A DNA stretch of 64,000 nt, from contig MU008218.1 in NCBI GenBank assembly GCA_010909165.1, positions 179,757 to 243,756 on the forward strand, read 5' to 3'. A program made the translations under genes and the position numbers. This document shows, piece after piece, positions 51,183-64,000 of this stretch. The DNA comes from Anthoceros angustus. Its lineage: Eukaryota > Plantae > Anthocerotophyta. Below the pieces are notes generated by a model. That model did not search any database, was not told the DNA's origin, and worked only from the letters and a program-made list of their open reading frames with translations. Each line of letters opens with the position of its first letter. Positions within the stretch are counted from its first letter, which is position 1.

Positions 51183-53842
51183 GGCGCCAAAATGTGGGAG
51201 GATCCCCGCACCAAGGGCGCCAAAATGTGGGAGGCGGATCCCTTTTCCAGATTCATCCTCTAGTGGCTACACTTATCCAGCCGCTAAGTACAATAGGTTT
51301 CGTCCCATGAGACTCTTGTTTGTCAAGTCACCAGCATCCAAGGCACAAACCACACGCCTCTTCACACCCCCAAGCTCCCTCACACACCGGGAGCAACTTC
51401 AACTCACTCCACACACAGGCCCACGCCACCATGCGCCGTCAATCACCGCTTCTAGACCTACAACGACACCTCACGACTAGGTCCACACCCCACGGCAGAT
51501 TGGCCGTGGCTACCCCAGCCTCCCTCCACCGCCTCGATCACTGGAAGTGATCGCGGCCTTGCCGGTGGCTTCCGCCTCCCGGCCACCTTCATCCGCCCAG
51601 CTTGGTCTCAGCCTGCCGCCTCCAGCTGTCCCGATCCTCTCGCTGCGCCCGGGCCTCTTCCGCCTCCTGGCGCTACCCTCTCCGCTGCAGGAGGTCCTCA
51701 CTGCTTGGGCCTCCTTAGCCTCGCTTCCATGCTCCTCCACGAAGGAATTTAGTCCGTCCTGAATGGACCACTTCCTCTCGGCCTCCCTTTCCCTTCTCAA
51801 TGCCGAGCTTGGCCTCCTCCTTGCCTCCTGGGCCCCTCCAACCGCCTCCCTGAGGAGTACCATACGCCCGGGTGGCTTCTACCTCCGGGTCTTCTCGGCC
51901 ATCCGCGAGACCCCAAAGCATCCCACACGGAGCTGTGATCACTGTTTCTTCCACGCCGCCATGAGGCTCCCACAAAGTCCGTAGGGAGCCGCATTTCCTG
52001 TCCTTGGGGACCTCCATACTGCATCAGAAGTAAGTCCGGACTGGGTTCTCCTCGGACCTAATCGGGACCCTTAGGTCACAGTGCCGAGCTCCCGAGCTTC
52101 ACCCTCCTTGGCCCTTTGGGTCGCGAGGTTCCCTTCTCCGCCCTTTTTCTCCCGGGCTCGGAGGAGGTGAGGGGTCCGGAGCAAGCCCTTTTGCCTCTTC
52201 CCGCTGGAGACAGACCAGCCCGGTGCGGCTGCCGTGACCTCCTGCCTCCCACAGGGAGCCCCTTCCGCCTCCTCACCTCGCTTCTCACACCTGCAAGGGG
52301 GTAAGTCTTGGCACCGTCACGAGGTGCTGTTGCACGCTTGCCTTCTGCCTCTCTTGGTCCCAGCGGGCTCCGCGGTTGTGGTTGTGGCCGGGCTATTGGA
52401 GTGGGCCGCCTCCCCAGACCGGGCCGCTCACTGAGGCACCAAGAGGAGGCGGGATTTCCTCCATACCAGGGTGGTGAGGGGTCCGTTCGGGACGTATGGA
52501 GTCCGAATTCTCCTCCGCCTCCTCCCGGTCCGCTTTGGCCTTGAGGGTCGGCCCCCCACCTCGGGCGCCCTTGCATGCTCCACTTCCAAGGCCTCCGGTC
52601 CTTTCCCGAGTGCCCGCTCAAGCTCTCCTCCTTCAGAGCTGAAATGTCCCCATACATGTATGGGGACCGGTGGCGGGGGCCTACTCATGAAGCGAGATAA
52701 TCCGCCCAGCTTGCGTCTTCGATCGAACCGTGATCCACCTTGTGATCAATGGGGCCCGCCAGTCGGATATCAACCACCGCTGGTTGTCTCCTGCCCAGCC
52801 TCAAGATCGCCGGTTGTCGGCCCTATCATCCTTCGCCTTGAGGGGCTCGCACCACACCCCTTCTTCCTCCTTTGGCGGCCGCCTCGGGACCTCCAAGGTC
52901 CATCGGGTCCTCCCGAGGTTCTTGGACCCGAACCTCCTTGTTGACCGCCGCCAGCATCTTCCGGGCAAACTCCGACCGTAGTGACGCTTGTCAAACGCGT
53001 CGACCGCCGGAACACATCCGGTGCCACTCCTCAACTACCTCCGCCTCCACCAGGCCCAAAGTCCGGATAGCGCCGGGTCACAATGTTGCGCTCTACGAGG
53101 TTCCATGGCTCCCAAACTTCCGCAGGCTTTTTGGGTGCCATCGCCTGCCTCCTTGTTGCCGAGGTGCCGACCGGAGTTGGGCACGATGCGCCCTCCTCGC
53201 CGCGTTGTCGCTCCAACCGGCGAACCACGCCGAAGGTGCTTGGGCGCCAAAGAGATAGCGCCAGAGCTGGGTTGCGAGCGCAAGAGCTCAGAATTGTCTC
53301 GAGCTGCTGAAATGACCTTCCTTCGGCCGCGCTTTGGGAGTAATCACCGGGCGGAAGGCGCCTCTTCCCTATCCGTAGAATCGCGCAGGTCCGCATGGCT
53401 TATTTCGACCTTACGCCCGCTTACTCGGCCTTACGCCGCTGCATCGGTTTTACGCTGGCGCATGGGCGTGAATACCGCTATAACGGCCCCTGCAGCACGG
53501 TCCTGCCACCCAGCATGCCCCGACCTCCACTGGGGCCGCCCACGTGGCGCCGCCTAGTCTGTCCTCACGGCTCAACTTCTAAGTTACTTTCCCTGGCGTA
53601 CTTATCCTGCTTTGGACTGGAGTGGGTCCGGACTTATCCCGTTACCCCGACGTAGTCCGGTGCCTGCCATAGTAGGTCCGGGGTACGTTGCCCACTCCGG
53701 AGTCCGGAGTATACTCCGGAGTGCAGTCCGGAGTGCTATCCATGCTTATTCCTCCTTTTCCGCCTTATTTTATCCTCCGCTCCTACGAAAAAAACAAAAC
53801 CCTACTTATTTCTTAACCCCCAAGGGAAGTCCGTAGTCCACA
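51183..53842 (-). mobile_element. LTR-region of a Ty3/gypsy element with PBS TTTTGGCGCC (LTR-PBS junction duplicated at 51183 and 51216)
   Basis: TGTGG at 51226; CCACA ends possible at 51487 or 53842; purine tract GAGAAGGGAGTA on the minus strand just outside 53842. LTR length cannot be fixed without a second copy. Confidence 0.5.
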
Positions 53843-53875
53843 TACTCCCTTCTCATACATATGCCTCCGCCAACA

Positions 53876-56800
53876 CTAGGCATGATACTTTTTTTCACCG
53901 CCACCCTGCTCACCCGAGTGGGTAGCACCATCATCAACCGCCAGTTTAACGGACCCATTGTATACTGCATTCACTTGGTAAGGTCCCATCCATCGTAGGT
54001 GGAGTTTACCCGGAAAGTGCATATGGCGACTGTCGTAAAGAAGGGCCAAATCTCCCTCCTCCACATACTCCTGATTCCGGAGGCGCCTGTCATGCCACAG
54101 CTTGCGTTGATTCTGTACCAGTTGCATTCGCCGTTGCACCTCCTCCCGACCCTCCGTATGCTGAACAAACCCTAGCAAACGCTCCAGTTGGCTTTCTTCA
54201 TCCGTGAAGCGCCTCTCCATCATGACTCGGAGTGTTGGCACCTCAAACTCTACCGCATAATGGGTGAGTGCCCATAGACCGTAATACGAGTTCCACAGAA
54301 GCTACCTTCTTCTCGCGCTCAACGCCCAGCACTGGTAGCTTTGTATCCCGCCGTGCGCGCATAGTTAACCGTAAGCTTATTGAGGATGCGCGTGATAAGT
54401 CCGCTGGTCTTCCACAATCCGCTTGGCCTTGGGTTGTAGAGGCGACGATGTGTGATGCCAAAATAGTCCGTCATTGCGCTTATCACATCATTGAGGAAAT
54501 GGGTTCTATCGCTACCGAAATGAACGTACCGCATTTGTGATGTTTTCGTGAGAGGAATTTGGCCACCGTGCTCGCATGAGTCCGCTCTAGTAGCGACCGC
54601 CCACCCACCTGCGTGAGTCCGCTGCCACCAAGATGTACCGCTTTTGTGTGTGCCTGCTATCATAGGTCCAACGAAGTCGATGCCCACTTCTCAAAAGGCG
54701 CTTAGTGCACAAGATGGGCACTAACGGCCATTGGTTGTGGCGTTGCCCGATCCGACAAGCATCACACTTCTTCACGAATTGGTGTGTGTTTCCCCATACA
54801 TGGTGGGCCACCAAGGACCTCCAAGATTTTCTTGGTGGTGACCACCGCATAATGTCCACCACCCAGTCCTTCGTGCATCCCTTTATTACCACCTCCGTCT
54901 CACTGCTGGAGGTACCTTCGCTCCACGCCATCCGCCCCACCTTAAAGATGCAAAATACAACCAAAAAGGCGAGCGTAGTGCACAAAGGCTACCTGGACCC
55001 TGCCCGAGTTGCGTTTGGTAGCTCCATCTCCCATAGGTACTGCCAACTCCATAAGAGGGCCGCCCGCCCGCCTCCCCTTCTCCGCTGGGTCCGCTATTCC
55101 CGCCTTAGGGTTTGTCCGGCCTGCTTCCTCTTCTATCGCCGCCACCAATTCCTCATCCGGAAGGCGTCCTCCGATCCTGCAGGATAGGCTCCGCTTTAAC
55201 TGACAAGAAGTCGGGCGTTTTGGTGTTGCCGCCTTGCCTAGTCTCTACCTCAATCGTGAACTCCAGAACAGTAATCCACCTCGCACCAGTCCGACAAGTC
55301 TGCCTTGTTCACCAAGTGCTTTGAGCCAAGTGATCAACATAGAACACAAACTCATTGGGCGGTAGTGTCTCGAATTTCAATCGCTGTATACCATTCCTAA
55401 TGCCTCTCGCTCCGTAGTAGTGTACCTCCGTTCGGCGTGAGCTGTCTTCCAGCGTAGTAGATTGGATGATCCCTCCGTTGTCGCCTTTTGATCGAGCACT
55501 ACTGGCGAAGGCGACATCCACATACACATGGAACCGCTTTCCCCAGTCCGGTCCTTTCAGTACCGGGGCACGATCAGAGTGGTCTGTAGGTCTCTGAATG
55601 CCGCCTCCCTTTCTGGTGTCCAGGTCCATTCTTCCTCCTTCCTGAGTAGCTCCGTTAGCCTGGAGGCCCGCTTTGCAAAGTCTTGGATGAAACGCCGATA
55701 GTAACCCACCATGCCCAGGAATCCCCTTAACTCCTTCAAGTTCGTAGGCGGCTGCAGGGACTGAATGACCTTCACCTTGTCTTGATCCACCTCTATCCCT
55801 CTTGCCGACACGCGGTGTCCCAACAAGATTCCCTCTCGTCACCAAGTAGCATTCCTGATGCATAGTTGAGTCTCCTTACAACGCCCAAGCACTTCCAGAT
55901 GTCCAGCGTGTTTGTCCTCTTCTCGCACGCAGGGTCGCCCAAGAACACCTCCATGAAGTCCTCGGAAAATTCCTAAGACGTTGGTCACCATCCGCATAAA
56001 TGATCCGTGCTCTGTCATCCGGCGCTTCGTTTAGGCAAACGCCTCACTCCGTGGTGAGCGTTGTCTTATCCTCCGACTCCTTAGGTGCTGGTTGTAGCCG
56101 AGTAGCCGCCCAAGAAGGAGTAGGTATGTCCGCCACCTTGTCCAAGATGTCGCCTACAAAGGGCATGGGAAATGGTCCTTCTGTATGGCGTTAAGCTTTC
56201 TCCGATCTGATAGACACGAACATCCCTTCTGCTTTCTTGACAACAATGGGCTACCCATTCATTGCTCACGATTGGGAAGATGATGTCGCCTCGTGACTTA
56301 TCCAGACTTCTTGACCTTGAGCGAGTGCTTGGGATTCGCTTTACATAGAATCGAGCAGAACCGCCTCACGGCTTCGATCTATCCGGTGTTCGCCCCACTG
56401 TTTCGGAATGCCCTTCATGTCCGTGACCTTGAAAGCGAACACCTCGCTGAATTCCCCAACAATTGTGTGAGGTCTTGTTTGACTCGATGGCATACCCCGC
56501 GAATTTTAGGAATTTTCCGGACGAACCTCTACGTCTTCCACATCGTCAGGATTGACCGTCTCTCTTTCCCTCGCCGCTTCACTACGCCCAAAGCCATCAT
56601 CTTCCACCCGCGGTTCATCTTCACGCATTCCCCACTCTCGGAAGAGTTCGTCTGAGGTGAACCGGGTCACTTCTTCGGGGTCCTCCTCATCCGGTGGGTT
56701 CCCCGCCTTTTGTTCGTCCTCCGCGACTTCCACTTGGAAGCAACTGATCACCTCCGCTCCGAAAGTGTCCCTCCGGTAGTCCATTTCTTCTTCGGACCAC

Positions 56801-59360
56801 GAGATTTTTGGAAAAGGGTAGTCCTCATTCGTATCCTCGCGCTCATCGTCCCCACTGGAGAGTGTACCTCCGTGGTGCTTACTTGCCACCACAAGATGTG
56901 TCCTTACTCCGTAATCGCCACTCCGCCCTTCCTCACCTTGGATCCCCATCGGCTTAAAGTGTATTTCCTTCCAAGTGTAGTTTTGTCTCGAGTCCCACTG
57001 TGGTCGCTAACAAGACTCGTGACCCCGAGGTCCGTGGTCCGATGCGACGACGAAGTCCAATGTAGGTGCCCCGCTATCGTGGCTTGACTCGGACAACTCC
57101 CCGGGCGCTCGCCGTGACATGTCCGCCATCCCGAGGGTTTTGGTGGATGGCTCGGCGTGAACCCCACGCCTTGCGTGGCCTCATGATGTGGTTCACTCCG
57201 GCCCCGTGTCCGTGGGGCACGTTCTTAATCACACACCCCGCAATTTCTACGAACCACTGGCGCCCGGTCCGTATGAGATCTACCCTTACCTCCACGTTCT
57301 GCCCTTAGGGCCAAGGAGTTCCGGCGTGGTTGTGTCTCCCTGATGGCCCTCCGGACTTCCCCGCCGATACTTGTCTTTAACAATCGCTTAAGGGACACCA
57401 AGTGTTGTTGGTCCATCATCAAGTCGGCCACCTTGAAAGGCGGATGGCTCCTTTGTCCGCGTCCGCCTTGACCCTTCCAGCCCGCCACCTGCGTGGTGGT
57501 CGGACCACTGGGTCCCCGCCGATTTCTTCCTCATCTCTACTTCGGACCATCCGTGGAATCAAGGTGTTGCCTTGGTGAGTCCGCTTCTCCGACATTTCCG
57601 GGGTTTTGGTGGCCGCCTTCTTCCGAGAGCTGCTCGATTTAACTCGTCCTCCTTGGTGGACGGCCTCCTTCGCAGTGTGTCCTGGCCCTCCGTATCCGTG
57701 GCTATCTCATTTTTCTTCCTCTTAAAGCTGTCTCCTTTCCTTTCATTCCTTGGGCTTCGGTTGATACTTCAGTCTCCTCAGTCCGCCTCCTCCTTAGCCG
57801 AACTTGCTTTGTACCACTTCGTTCCAAGCTCCCTCGGCGCCTCTTCCCACTCCGCCGCCAACCGTAAGTCCTATCAATCGGGCGCAGCTTTTAGGGAGGG
57901 GAGGGCGAGGCGTCGCAGCCTGCGGGTGGCGTGGCGTCCTCGAACGAGGATTCGGACACAAGGTACCGCCCGCCATGCCCCTGCTGCACATACTCCACAC
58001 AGCGCTTCAAAGTCCCCGTTTTGCTGAAAAGTGGACACGTTGGAGTAGTGCCCGGGTTCCCACAGCCTGAGCACCACCGCCGCCTCGAGAATTCTCGAGG
58101 GGCTCCCATGCGGTGCATCGGAGTCGATGCATGGGATGGACCAGCCGAGGGTGCACGCCCCGTCACAGGATCTGGTGGTTTCTTGCACTTGGTATGCATC
58201 CTCCCACCTGCTCCTCGACTCTTCCCGTAGTCATACTCCACCGTTCACGGGTCCGAGGGGCGCTAGCCTTCAATGCCCATGTTGGTGACACACCGCACCA
58301 CGTATGAGTCCGGACTGTGGTGGCCGCCTTCGCCTGTTCTTTATCCTTCACGGTTGATCGTCAACTCCTCCACCCTCTTCATTACCGTTCGGATCTTCCC
58401 TCGGCCCGCTACTTCCTTCAAAGGAGCCGGGTCGCGGACCTCTCGCATCGCAAGGGCATCATGACCTCCTTCTTCTCCACCCTCCACGACTCATGTGCTT
58501 TTCTTCTTAATTCTTGACGGGGTTCTTCTTCTTCCATGACATCTCGGATTCTTCTTCGTAGTCCTCTTCCTCCTCCTCCCATGCTACCTCGGTCTCATCA
58601 TCCTCTTCCGAGGGTTCTTCATCTTGAGTCCGACCCCGCTTTCTTCTTTTCTTTCCTCCCTGGAGGCGCCTTGGCCGTCGTTGGTGCATCGATTCTTCAT
58701 AGTTCTCACGCCCGGACCGCCTTGCTCACATCCTTCTCGCCAACAGCAGACGTGTTAGCCATGGGCTTGGATAAGAACCAACCCACGCGCATGGTAGTGT
58801 GAGTGGGTCCCAAGCGTCAGAACCGCTCGATGTCTGATCCCAACTTCTCCGTCTTGCCCCGCCTGTGGTTCTCGAGTTTGGACAAGACGTAGCCTTCTTG
58901 ATCAATTCCACGGAATCTTTTCTAAGAACGCATCCTTCAATGCTTGGGCGGGGGAGCATGGGCCCAGCTTCCTCCTGCGACTGTCCCCGTAGGACCCTTG
59001 GAATACTGGATGAGTCATGCATCCGAACCTTCTCCGTTGAAGTTAGCCGACACCCAAATCCTCCACGGAAGGTTTGATCTCTCTCCTTCTTACCTCCAAA
59101 GAGAATACGCTTGCTTGGTCGACGTTTGACTGTGGGGTTGAGGAACCGCTCCCACCACACCGACTTGGTGCCGCTTCCTCCTCACGATCCGGCAACTCCA
59201 GGCGCTTACTGCTTGGTGGTGACCTCGCCGAGCTCGTTGCCCTCACGCGCTCGCCGAGCGCGGACACAACGTCCGACTCTCTCGCAATTGCCCCAACTAC
59301 CTCACGCCCCTCCACGCATCCACGCCACTTTTAACCGATTTCATTCCAACGGCGCCAAAA
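53876..59360 (-). mobile_element. Ty3/gypsy internal domain gag-PR-RT-RH-INT, 5' LTR missing
   Basis: PBS TTTTGGCGCC at 59351-59360; gag knuckle VRTH.WC; protease DTGAGV (~57210); RT LGHRVSARGIEVDQDKVKVI...LRGFLGMVGYYRRFIQDFAK; RH PDWGKRFHVYVD; INT GIDFVGP; C-terminal FPGKLHLRWMGPY. Confidence 0.9.
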
Positions 59361-59374
59361 TGTAGCGACTACCA

Positions 59375-62300
59375 ATGACCATATGCACCTGATGAAGGTG
59401 CAACAAGCGTGCACAGAAAGGGCAACACTACACCCTCAAGGAAGTGTACGAGATGAGACAAGATAGGGCCCGACACTCTCTCTCTCGTGGTCACAGTGAT
59501 TACTCCAAAGACAAGTAGGAGTGGTGGACGACATGACCGACGCCGGAGGTCGAGTGGAGGAGCTCTGAGACAAGCCACCCCACAGCCCAAGTGTGACGAG
59601 CCCTGCGTGAGGTGCCGAGGATGGACCATTCCCCTCATGAGTGCGAGCATCTGAGGAGTCAAGGGTGAGGCCATGCCCTAGGTGAGGTACCGGCACAATG
59701 AAGCGGCATGTTGGGAGAAGATCCGAATTGCGGCCTACGGGTTATCGAGCAGCAACCCGGCCAATGCATCTGCGTCAACCTCATCCACAAAATCAAGAGC
59801 AAAGGCGCGTGGAGGAGGCACCGTGAAGTCCCGACAACAAGAAAGCGGAAGCATCAAAGAAGACGATGGGCTACGTGGCACGCCTTGCAAAGCTGGAGAA
59901 GTTGCGGAAGGCGAAGATCAAGGAGAGCGCTCATCATCGAGGATGAAGAAGATGAGCACAAGCTTGGATACATGGCGATCGTGACCGGATCCAAGGGCAG
60001 GAAGAAACCTACAGCTACGAGAAGATAGCTCGAGGAAGAAGACGACGTCTTGACACCGCAGCGCGGAAGACACGGAAGGAAGCTTGGATCTTCCCTAACC
60101 TATTAAGATAAAGTCGTTTGAGCCATTGCCAGGAACAACTGTGGGAGCAACATCAAAGTCCGTAGTGGGCGATGTGGAAACCCATGGCCGATTGTCGACG
60201 GAGACGATGGCACAAAAGCTTCCGGAGATGCCATGTTTCAGCCTACAAGACATGGGGTTGAGCGTGAAGGAAGTCAGGGGTTTGACTCGGCGGATGTTGA
60301 TAACCCTTGAAGATGAAGCAAGTGTCCAAGATTTTCCACAGCAAATAGCAATGATGTCATTGCTGACCTCCGAACCAAGCATCTCTAAGGAAAAGCGAAA
60401 TGATGCACGAGTGGGGGTGGCTTTGGTCAACAATCAGGAGAGGCACATTGAAATCAATGGATTCGCACCAAGAAGGGTGTTGATTGACACCGAGCCCGGG
60501 TGATCGTTGGAAGAAGAGTGAAGGAAGCGTTGGGTCTCCACCAAGAAAGGTTGAAGGAAACCAAGTGGAAGATCCAGGGCCGCGGTGGGACCACGGAGCA
60601 TGTGTTGGGGTGACAAGGTACAAGCTGAAGGTTTCATTCAAACCAAGAATGCAGACTTCACCTTTGTTGAGGTACACCGCTTGGTCACCGATGCGTATAC
60701 ATTTGATGTCTTAGAAGTCGGAGCAAACCGATGAGGAGTTGCATCCCTCCTGCAGCTGCATGGCAAGGATCATGAGAACCTCATTGCCACAGCGTCTACC
60801 CAAAGGTTTGGCCAGAAAGGACACGCCACTCGTGCTTGAACCTCTTGGCGTGTGTCTAACAACCCGCGACGGACTGATGGAGGATTTCGAGGAGGAGGAA
60901 GACAAGCTAAGGTTGCAACCACCCTCGAGGAGGTTCTTCAAGTCGACGGAGCGTGATCGCAAAGAACGAGCCGCAAAGTTGTGGAGGATGGTGCAAGAAG
61001 ACCAAGGTCCCATGAGGAGATCTGTAAGTTCTTGCCTAGGGTTGAGCCTATTTGTGACCTAAACACCCAAGTGATCACATGGCGACCTCGGGAAGACTAG
61101 ATAGTGATGGTGGAACTCTTTGGAGGCATACTGCAAGCAAGTAGTCAAGTGTGGCATCAAAGTAGAAGATACGTGCATTGTGACCCGGATCCAAAAGGAT
61201 TGTGTCATAGAAGCCGTAAGGGACTTGATGGGGAGTACCTAACCTCCTCACGTGGAGCCGTGAAGGGTTACCGGGCTGCCGATGGATGTTCGCATGATAG
61301 GGTTGTCCCATTTGAGTTGTCTTGGGCAAACGTGGACCTTGTCATCGCAGTTGGGAGTGTCAAGGACTATCCTCTCTGCAGGAAAGGGTCAAGGTGCAGA
61401 AAGATCCACAACAAGACTGCTTTTATGACTGATGAGGATCTTGCGCTTGATCGAGAAAGGGCAAGAAAGGCCTTGCATACATGTTGGAGAATGTGCCGAC
61501 ATGCATGAGCGTGAAGAAGCAAGTCCAAGAGGATTTCGGCATGATCCGAGGTGACCGAGAAGGAACGGTGTCGATTGCTTGGACAAGCATTTGACATGAA
61601 CATGATGACACAGTTGTTTAGCTAGAGTCGCTTACCAAACTCGAAACCAAGGCGAGGTTGAAGCGGGGTTCTATGGGTGAAGGACATTCCAAGACTCGCA
61701 TCTCAACAAGAGAAGGCGAGTTTGGAGGCAAGGAGAGTTGCCCAGAGGAAGGCGTGCCATCTCGAGCCTACTACATGAGTGGTTAGGCCGAGTTGAAGAG
61801 CAACCAACGCCGCCTAAAAGAGTTCTTGGAGGCATCGCAATATGTGTTTGCTTTCACGCTATGGAGATGGGGAAGTACACCAAAGGGAAGTTCCACATAG
61901 ATCTAATCAAGGATGAACAAGTGTTCCGCAGAGGCTTTCGAAGACAAGAAGAAAATGACGAGCAACCTACGGGGGAGAGTAGTCCACATGATGCATGAGG
62001 ATGTTGAAGATGCACCTCCACTCATGGACAAGGTTCATAACCTCCGACGACATTCCGAAGGAGATTGGTTTTGTGCACAATGCGCTATACGAGGTGCGTG
62101 TGAAGTCTACTAATGATAATGTTTTGACTTAGAGTCTCACATTATCGGGGATTGGTTGCACCTATATATCTAGATCGTATTAGATTTGTTTGCTTGGTTG
62201 TTGATCGAGGAAGTGCTTATATGAATTCAAGTGCTTACCTGCGACTGTCATGCCGCGCTGATACTAATCTCTGCACTTGGGTTTAGTGTTTGATTAGCAT

Positions 62301-62903
62301 TAATTAATCTAATTACTTATCTTTAAGTAAGTAATTAGTGATAATTAATCTAAAGTGCTTATGTTAACTAAGCGTTGATTAATGTTAATTAATCTAATGT
62401 GCTTATGTTAATTAAGCATTGATTAGTGTTAATTAAACATGGTTAGCAATAGCTAAGTGGATAAGCTCAAGTAATATGCTTGGCATATTCCTTGCATATT
62501 ATAGTGTATTCTTAGGATACAATAGCTAAGTGGATAAGCTCAAGTAATATGCTTTGGCATATTCCTTGCATATTATAGTGTATTCTTAGGATATTTATAT
62601 CGTCATAGGATATCTTAGGAATATGTATGCGGTCTAGTATATATAGACCCTTCCATTGAGGACAAGCTCGGATCATAGCTTGTCCTCTAGATATGCTGAG
62701 GTGTTGTGAGGAGGCCAAAGCTATGACTCAGGAAGCGATGTGTGAGGAATTTGCGTGTTGTTCTCGTGGGAGAGTGTGTTTGTGCGACGCGAGCTACTCC
62801 CTCCTGTTGATTGGTTGCACCTATATATCTAGATGCGTATTAGATTTGTTTGCTTGGTTGTTGATCGAGGAAGTGCTTATATGAATTCAAGTGCTTACCT
62901 GCA
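59375..62903 (+). mobile_element. Copy B of the Gag-PR-methyltransferase split-repeat element (5'-truncated; ~340-bp deletion within the MTase)
   Basis: Collinear with copy A from ~29420; MTase motifs VELFGGI (61108), VDLVIA.WECQG, MLENVP, RLLGQAFD; B1 62151-62245, A2 62246-62808, B2 62810-62903. Confidence 0.88.
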
Positions 62904-64000
62904 CCCACCACACCACCATGCGGTGACGTTGGTTCGGTGGCTTACCTAAGCCAATGGCTAAGCACGTCTTCATGGCGAAGGATGTGAGCAAGGCGGTCCG
63001 GCGGAGAACTACGAAGAATCGATGCACCAGCGATGCGAGGCCTCGGGAGGAAAAAGAAAAAGCGGGGTCGGACTCGAGATGAAGAACTCTCGGAAGAGGA
63101 GGATGATGAGGCAGGTGGCATCGGAGGAAGAGAGGACTCGAAGAGAATCAGAATGAGGAAGAAGAACCTCGCCAAGAAATAAGAAGAATAAGCCCGTAGT
63201 CAAGCGGAGGTGGAGAAAAAGGAGGATATGGCACGCACTGCGAGAGGTTCCGACCAGCTCCTTTGAAAGAAGCGGGGTTGAGGAAGATCTGGAGCAGGTA
63301 ATGAAAGGTGGAGGAATTGACGATCAACCAAGTGAAGGATAAGAAACGGCGGGCGGCCACCGTCCGGACCCATCTGTGGTGTGCGGTGTCTCACCAACAT
63401 GGGCATTCGAAGGCTAACTGCCCCTCCAGACCCGTGAACCAGGTGGAGTACGACTACGGGGATGAGTCCGAGGAGCAGTGGGAGGACGCATACTAAGTGC
63501 AAGAAGCACCACCTGGGCCGCGGTATCCCAAGACGATGTACCCAACGTCAGCTGGGCCATCCGTGCATCGACCTCCGATGCAGCATCGTGTGGGAGCCCC
63601 TCGAGAATTCTCGGGGCGGTAATGCTGGGCTTGGCGTGAGGAACTTTGGAGGAGAATTTCGTTTCAAATCATATGAGTTGGTGCTTGGGAAGGCTAGGGT
63701 GCAAGGCCAGGTGGCTTGTGGCAAGGTGAAGAAGAAGGGCGTGAGCAGAGGTGGAAGTCCTGAGCGCCCAAGAGAAAGAGCGGGGAGGAAATTGAGGAAG
63801 AAGAGAAGGAGAAGAAGGTTGGGCGCAACCCAACACTTGCCAAGCTCGTGAGGGTGCCTAGGAGGGTGGAGCGTGGCAAGATTGCTAGGAAACCGTGAAG
63901 GAAGGGCTCCTAAATTGCTTATGGCGGTGTAAGAGCCCGTGGGGAATTTTGGTGAGCTTTCTCTTGCAGAGCTCGGGTCACTACGGGTTCCACAGTGGGC
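62904..64000 (+). pseudogene. Ty3/gypsy gag fragment, inverted homologue of ~57700-58810
   Basis: Shares e.g. GAAGGATGTGAGCAAGGCGGTCCGG and AAAGCGGGGTCGGACTC with the reverse complement of 58540-58810; VRTHLWC knuckle. Confidence 0.8.

Noticed and set aside
43200-53800. Numerous 60-190-aa ORFs in the supplied track (Pro/Ser/His/Arg-rich)
   Set aside because: Mostly shadow frames of GC-rich or low-complexity LTR and repeat DNA, with no recognisable domains.

Overview
Eukaryotic, non-seed land-plant DNA (hornwort, lycophyte or fern suggested by a DYW:KP-type PPR gene; short introns favour a compact genome such as a hornwort). The sequence is error-prone: conserved genes carry roughly one 1-nt indel per 100-200 nt, so all reading frames were reconstructed by eye across frameshifts and most coordinates are approximate. 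Layout: (1) 1-2160: last six exons of urease, followed about 107 nt later on the same strand by an intronless UreF. (2) 3611-9738: full-length Ty1/copia element with 5-bp TSD, inserted in a locally duplicated unknown gene remnant. (3) 10332-36830: two tandem copies of a ~8-kb block containing an unidentified spliced gene, a 5'-truncated PPR-E-DYW:KP gene and a possible KDZ-type transposase; copy 2 has internal tandem amplifications and is interrupted by a retroelement. (4) That retroelement (27380-34897; second partial copy 59375-62903) encodes Gag, aspartic protease and a C5 cytosine DNA methyltransferase, lacks RT/RNaseH/integrase in both copies, and is bounded by split direct repeats (A1...B1-A2-B2) rather than ordinary LTRs. 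This is the most unusual system in the window. (5) 37-64 kb: nested, degraded LTR-retrotransposon material, including a recognisable Ty3/gypsy gag-pol on the minus strand (53.9-59.4 kb).
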